The position numbers and the translations under genes are program-made. The notes below the pieces were generated by a model, which searched no databases, was not told the DNA's origin, and worked only from the letters and a program-made list of their open reading frames with translations. A DNA stretch of 36,930 nt from Gemmatimonadales bacterium (lineage in GTDB: Bacteria > Gemmatimonadota > Gemmatimonadetes > Gemmatimonadales > GWC2-71-9), in NCBI GenBank assembly GCA_039794085.1, contig JBDIWC010000041.1:1-36930 (forward strand), read 5' to 3'. This document shows positions 34,453 to 36,930 of the stretch, piece after piece (position 1 is the first letter of the stretch; each line of letters begins with the position of its first letter).

Positions 34453-35153
34453 AACGACGCCTGGTGCTCTTCGACATCGACGGTACTCTCCTCCACACCC
34501 ATGGTCTGGGGCGACGGGCCCTGGGCCGGGCCCTGGCCGAGCACCTGCATGACCCCGGCGTGGTGGACCAGGTGCGGTTCGACGGCAAGACCGATCCCGG
34601 CATCGTGGCGGAGGTTCTCCACGCGGCGGGAGTTCCGCATCCCGATGAACCGGTTCGGATCGGCCGGATCCTGGAGATCTATGTGGAGCATCTGGAGGAG
34701 GAGATCGCGGGTCCCCCCTCGGGGCCGGAACCCCGGCTGCTCCCGGGGGTCCTGGCCCTGCTGGACCGGCTGGCGGCCGAGCCACGGGTCCTCACCGGCC
34801 TCCTCACCGGAAATGTGGCCGCGGGAGCGGACCGGAAACTCCGAGCGGTGGGACTTGCCCCCTCCCGTTTTGCGGTGGGGGCCTATGGATCGGACCATGC
34901 CCGGCGTGACGCCCTTCCGGCGATCGCCGCGTCCCGCGCCGAGCCGATGCTGGGTCACCGTCCGCGGGGTACCGACCTGGTGATCATCGGCGACACTCCC
35001 GCCGATGTCACCTGCGGGGCGAGTCTCGGTGCCCGTGCCCTCGGGGTCGCCACGGGAAGCTACCCGGCCTCGGCGCTCGAGGCCGCGGGAGCGTACCGGG
35101 TCTTTTCCAGTCTCGAGGACTGCGACACGGTCTGCGAGGCTATCCTGTGCTAG
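34449..35153 (+). CDS. HAD-superfamily hydrolase (phosphoglycolate phosphatase-like)
   Basis: LFDIDGTL, GLLTGN, IIGDTPADV. Confidence 0.9.
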   Translation: MKRRLVLFDIDGTLLHTHGLGRRALGRALAEHLHDPGVVDQVRFDGKTDPGIVAEVLHAAGVPHPDEPVRIGRILEIYVEHLEEEIAGPPSGPEPRLLPGVLALLDRLAAEPRVLTGLLTGNVAAGADRKLRAVGLAPSRFAVGAYGSDHARRDALPAIAASRAEPMLGHRPRGTDLVIIGDTPADVTCGASLGARALGVATGSYPASALEAAGAYRVFSSLEDCDTVCEAILC

Positions 35154-35749
35154 AAACCGAGGTCAAGGCGGTGGTGCCCGATGCGGAGGCACTGCGTCGC
35201 CGGCTTCGGGAATCCGGTGCGCGCGCCGGGACCACGGGGCGCATGTCCGATATCCGCGTGGACCGGAATGAGGAACTGGCCCGCCGGGACGAGGTGGTCC
35301 GGATCCGGGTCCTTCCGGGAGCGGACGGCACCCCGACTGCGGAACTGACCTGGAAGGGACCGGTCCGGGTGTCGCCGGAGGGGTTCAAGGAGAGAGAGGA
35401 ACGCACCCTCCCCGTGTCCGCCGCGGGAGACGAGATTCTCACGTTCCTGGCGCGTCTGGGATATGCACCGGTCCTCCGGATCGATCGCCACGTGGAGTAC
35501 TTCGACCTGGCCGGCGTGTCGGTGCGTCTCGAGCGGTATCCTCGGATGGACGTTCTCGTGGAGGTGGAGGGCGACCCGGCCCGGCTGGAGGAGACCCTCG
35601 CCGAAACCGGGATCCCGAGGCACGAGTTCAGCGCCGCGGCTCTGGATGATTTTGTGACCCGGTGGGAACGGCGTACCCGAGAGCGAGCCGTGCTGTCGCT
35701 CGCCGAGCTCCCCTCCGGTGTCCTCCCCGACTGGCCGGACGTCCCGTGA
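35147..35749 (+). CDS. CYTH-domain protein (class IV adenylate cyclase/triphosphatase-like)
   Basis: ExExK in LETEVKA, VRIR, LTWKGP, KEREE, LVEVEG. Confidence 0.85.
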   Translation: MLETEVKAVVPDAEALRRRLRESGARAGTTGRMSDIRVDRNEELARRDEVVRIRVLPGADGTPTAELTWKGPVRVSPEGFKEREERTLPVSAAGDEILTFLARLGYAPVLRIDRHVEYFDLAGVSVRLERYPRMDVLVEVEGDPARLEETLAETGIPRHEFSAAALDDFVTRWERRTRERAVLSLAELPSGVLPDWPDVP

Positions 35750-36390
35750 CGCGCGAGTTCCCGGACGGTGGGGAGATCGGTCCCTGGCTCGGGAGTGTGG
35801 CGGATCCGCCCGTTCCGCCCGGGGACGAGTTGGATGCCATCCGCCTGGAACTGCTCGATGGGTTGCTCCGGCTTGGATCCCGCGCGGGGGATGGGGATGG
35901 GTCCGCCTGGTTCGCGGTGTGGCAGCGCGCGGTCGAGGGGTCCACCGAGCGGCTGGGTCTCCGGGTGGAGGAGGCGCTGGCCCGGGCGTCGGCGGTGTCG
36001 CGGATGCCGCCCGACCGGATCGCGACGCACCATCCGACCGATGCCGAGCGGGAGCGGTGGCGGGCGCGTCTGGACAGCACCGGCATCCCCCTGGAGCGGG
36101 TGCTCGCGGTTCCCGCGGAGAATGCCGAGGCGCGGGTCCGGCAGCGCGGCGTGGCGACCGACGAGGCGTGGCGCGCGCTGCACGATGTCTTTGCCGAGGA
36201 GCGAGCGCTCTGGGAGGCCCGGGCCCGGATGATTCACCGCTGGTTGCCGCCCACGCGGCCGGTGTGGATCGTGGGGGGGATCGCGATGGGGATTCTCTTT
36301 CTTTTCGGTCTCGCCGTGGGGGGCTATCTCCCGGTACCCGCCGCCCTGACACCCGTGATCGACTGGTGGTGGAGTCTCCCGTGGCCGTGA
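35746..36390 (+). CDS. Hypothetical protein with C-terminal transmembrane segment
   Basis: GTGA overlaps at both ends within the operon; helical body; hydrophobic VWIVGGIAMGILFLFGLAVGGYL. Confidence 0.7.
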   Translation: MTREFPDGGEIGPWLGSVADPPVPPGDELDAIRLELLDGLLRLGSRAGDGDGSAWFAVWQRAVEGSTERLGLRVEEALARASAVSRMPPDRIATHHPTDAERERWRARLDSTGIPLERVLAVPAENAEARVRQRGVATDEAWRALHDVFAEERALWEARARMIHRWLPPTRPVWIVGGIAMGILFLFGLAVGGYLPVPAALTPVIDWWWSLPWP

Positions 36391-36770
36391 TCGGAGTCGG
36401 CTTCGATCTGGTGGACATCGTCCGGGCCGAACGGTTGCTGGCTCGTCACGGCGAGAGGGCGCTGGCTCGGCTGCTGACACCGGAGGAGCGGGAGTACGTG
36501 AGGCGGCGGTCGGCCCGGGCGGCTCACCATGTGGCGGCGCGGGTGGCGGCGAAGGAGGCGGTGTACAAGGCGCTGCAAGGGCTGGAGGGAGCGCGGGCCA
36601 TCGGATGGCAGGAGATCGAGGTGGTGCGGGAGGATCGCCAGCGGCCGGTCATCGCCCTGCATGGTCTGGCTCGGCGGCTCACGGCGGAGCTGCCGGGTTT
36701 CCGGATCCACCTCTCGTTGAGCCACACCGAGGCGACGGCGGGGGCGGCGGCGGTGGCGGAGCGAGAGTAG
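36387..36770 (+). CDS. acpS: Holo-[acyl-carrier-protein] synthase
   Basis: IGVGFDLVDI, AARVAAKEAVYKAL, WQEIEV, IHLSLSH. Confidence 0.93.
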   Translation: MIGVGFDLVDIVRAERLLARHGERALARLLTPEEREYVRRRSARAAHHVAARVAAKEAVYKALQGLEGARAIGWQEIEVVREDRQRPVIALHGLARRLTAELPGFRIHLSLSHTEATAGAAAVAERE

Positions 36771-36775
36771 GGAGG

Positions 36776-36803
36776 GAAGTTCGAAGTTTGAAGTTTGAAG
36801 TTT
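36776..36803 (+). repeat. Heptamer tandem array GAAGTTT x4
   Basis: gaagttc gaagttt gaagttt gaagttt directly after the acpS stop. Confidence 0.8.
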
Positions 36804-36930
36804 GGGTTCTTCTCCAATTTAGGTGCAGGATCGGCCCGGGAACGCCTGCTTGACCCTGGGGGCGAAGTAGTCCGGATGGTGGAATCCGTCCGCTTTGCGC
36901 GTGATCGCCTGGATGCGGGTGTTCACTCTT

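Noticed and set aside
36804..36930. tRNA or start of a next gene at the window end
   Set aside because: No cloverleaf or T-loop motif and no supportable ORF within the remaining sequence

Overview
High-GC (about 70% by eye) bacterial chromosome segment. Gene content and style suggest Gemmatimonadota, which is an inference and was not searched. Most of the window is housekeeping: an MFS transporter plus cytidylate-kinase-like gene, an AAA ATPase, a sigma70-glcDEF-ygfZ run, aroB-pduO, a Phd/PIN toxin-antitoxin pair, a peptide ABC SBP-permease-dacB run, and a tightly coupled tamA-tamB-dagK-bEBP-Zn finger-NlpC/P60-HAD-CYTH-hyp-acpS operon. Two things stand out. (1) An accessory island at about 3.0-8.4 kb encodes a frameshifted AraC-type regulator, a 70-aa secreted six-cysteine knottin-like peptide (CX3CX5CX3CX2CX12C), a dedicated DsbA-type oxidoreductase, two 6-bladed beta-propeller proteins and a barrel-less TonB-plug protein. 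This is a candidate disulfide-rich peptide maturation and recognition system. (2) Six copies of a non-coding element share fixed, non-inverted left and right ends but carry interiors from different REP-like palindrome families, and they appear inserted at TAG sites within heptamer tandem arrays. No rRNA, tRNA, CRISPR or transposase gene was seen. All functional calls come from motif recognition by eye.
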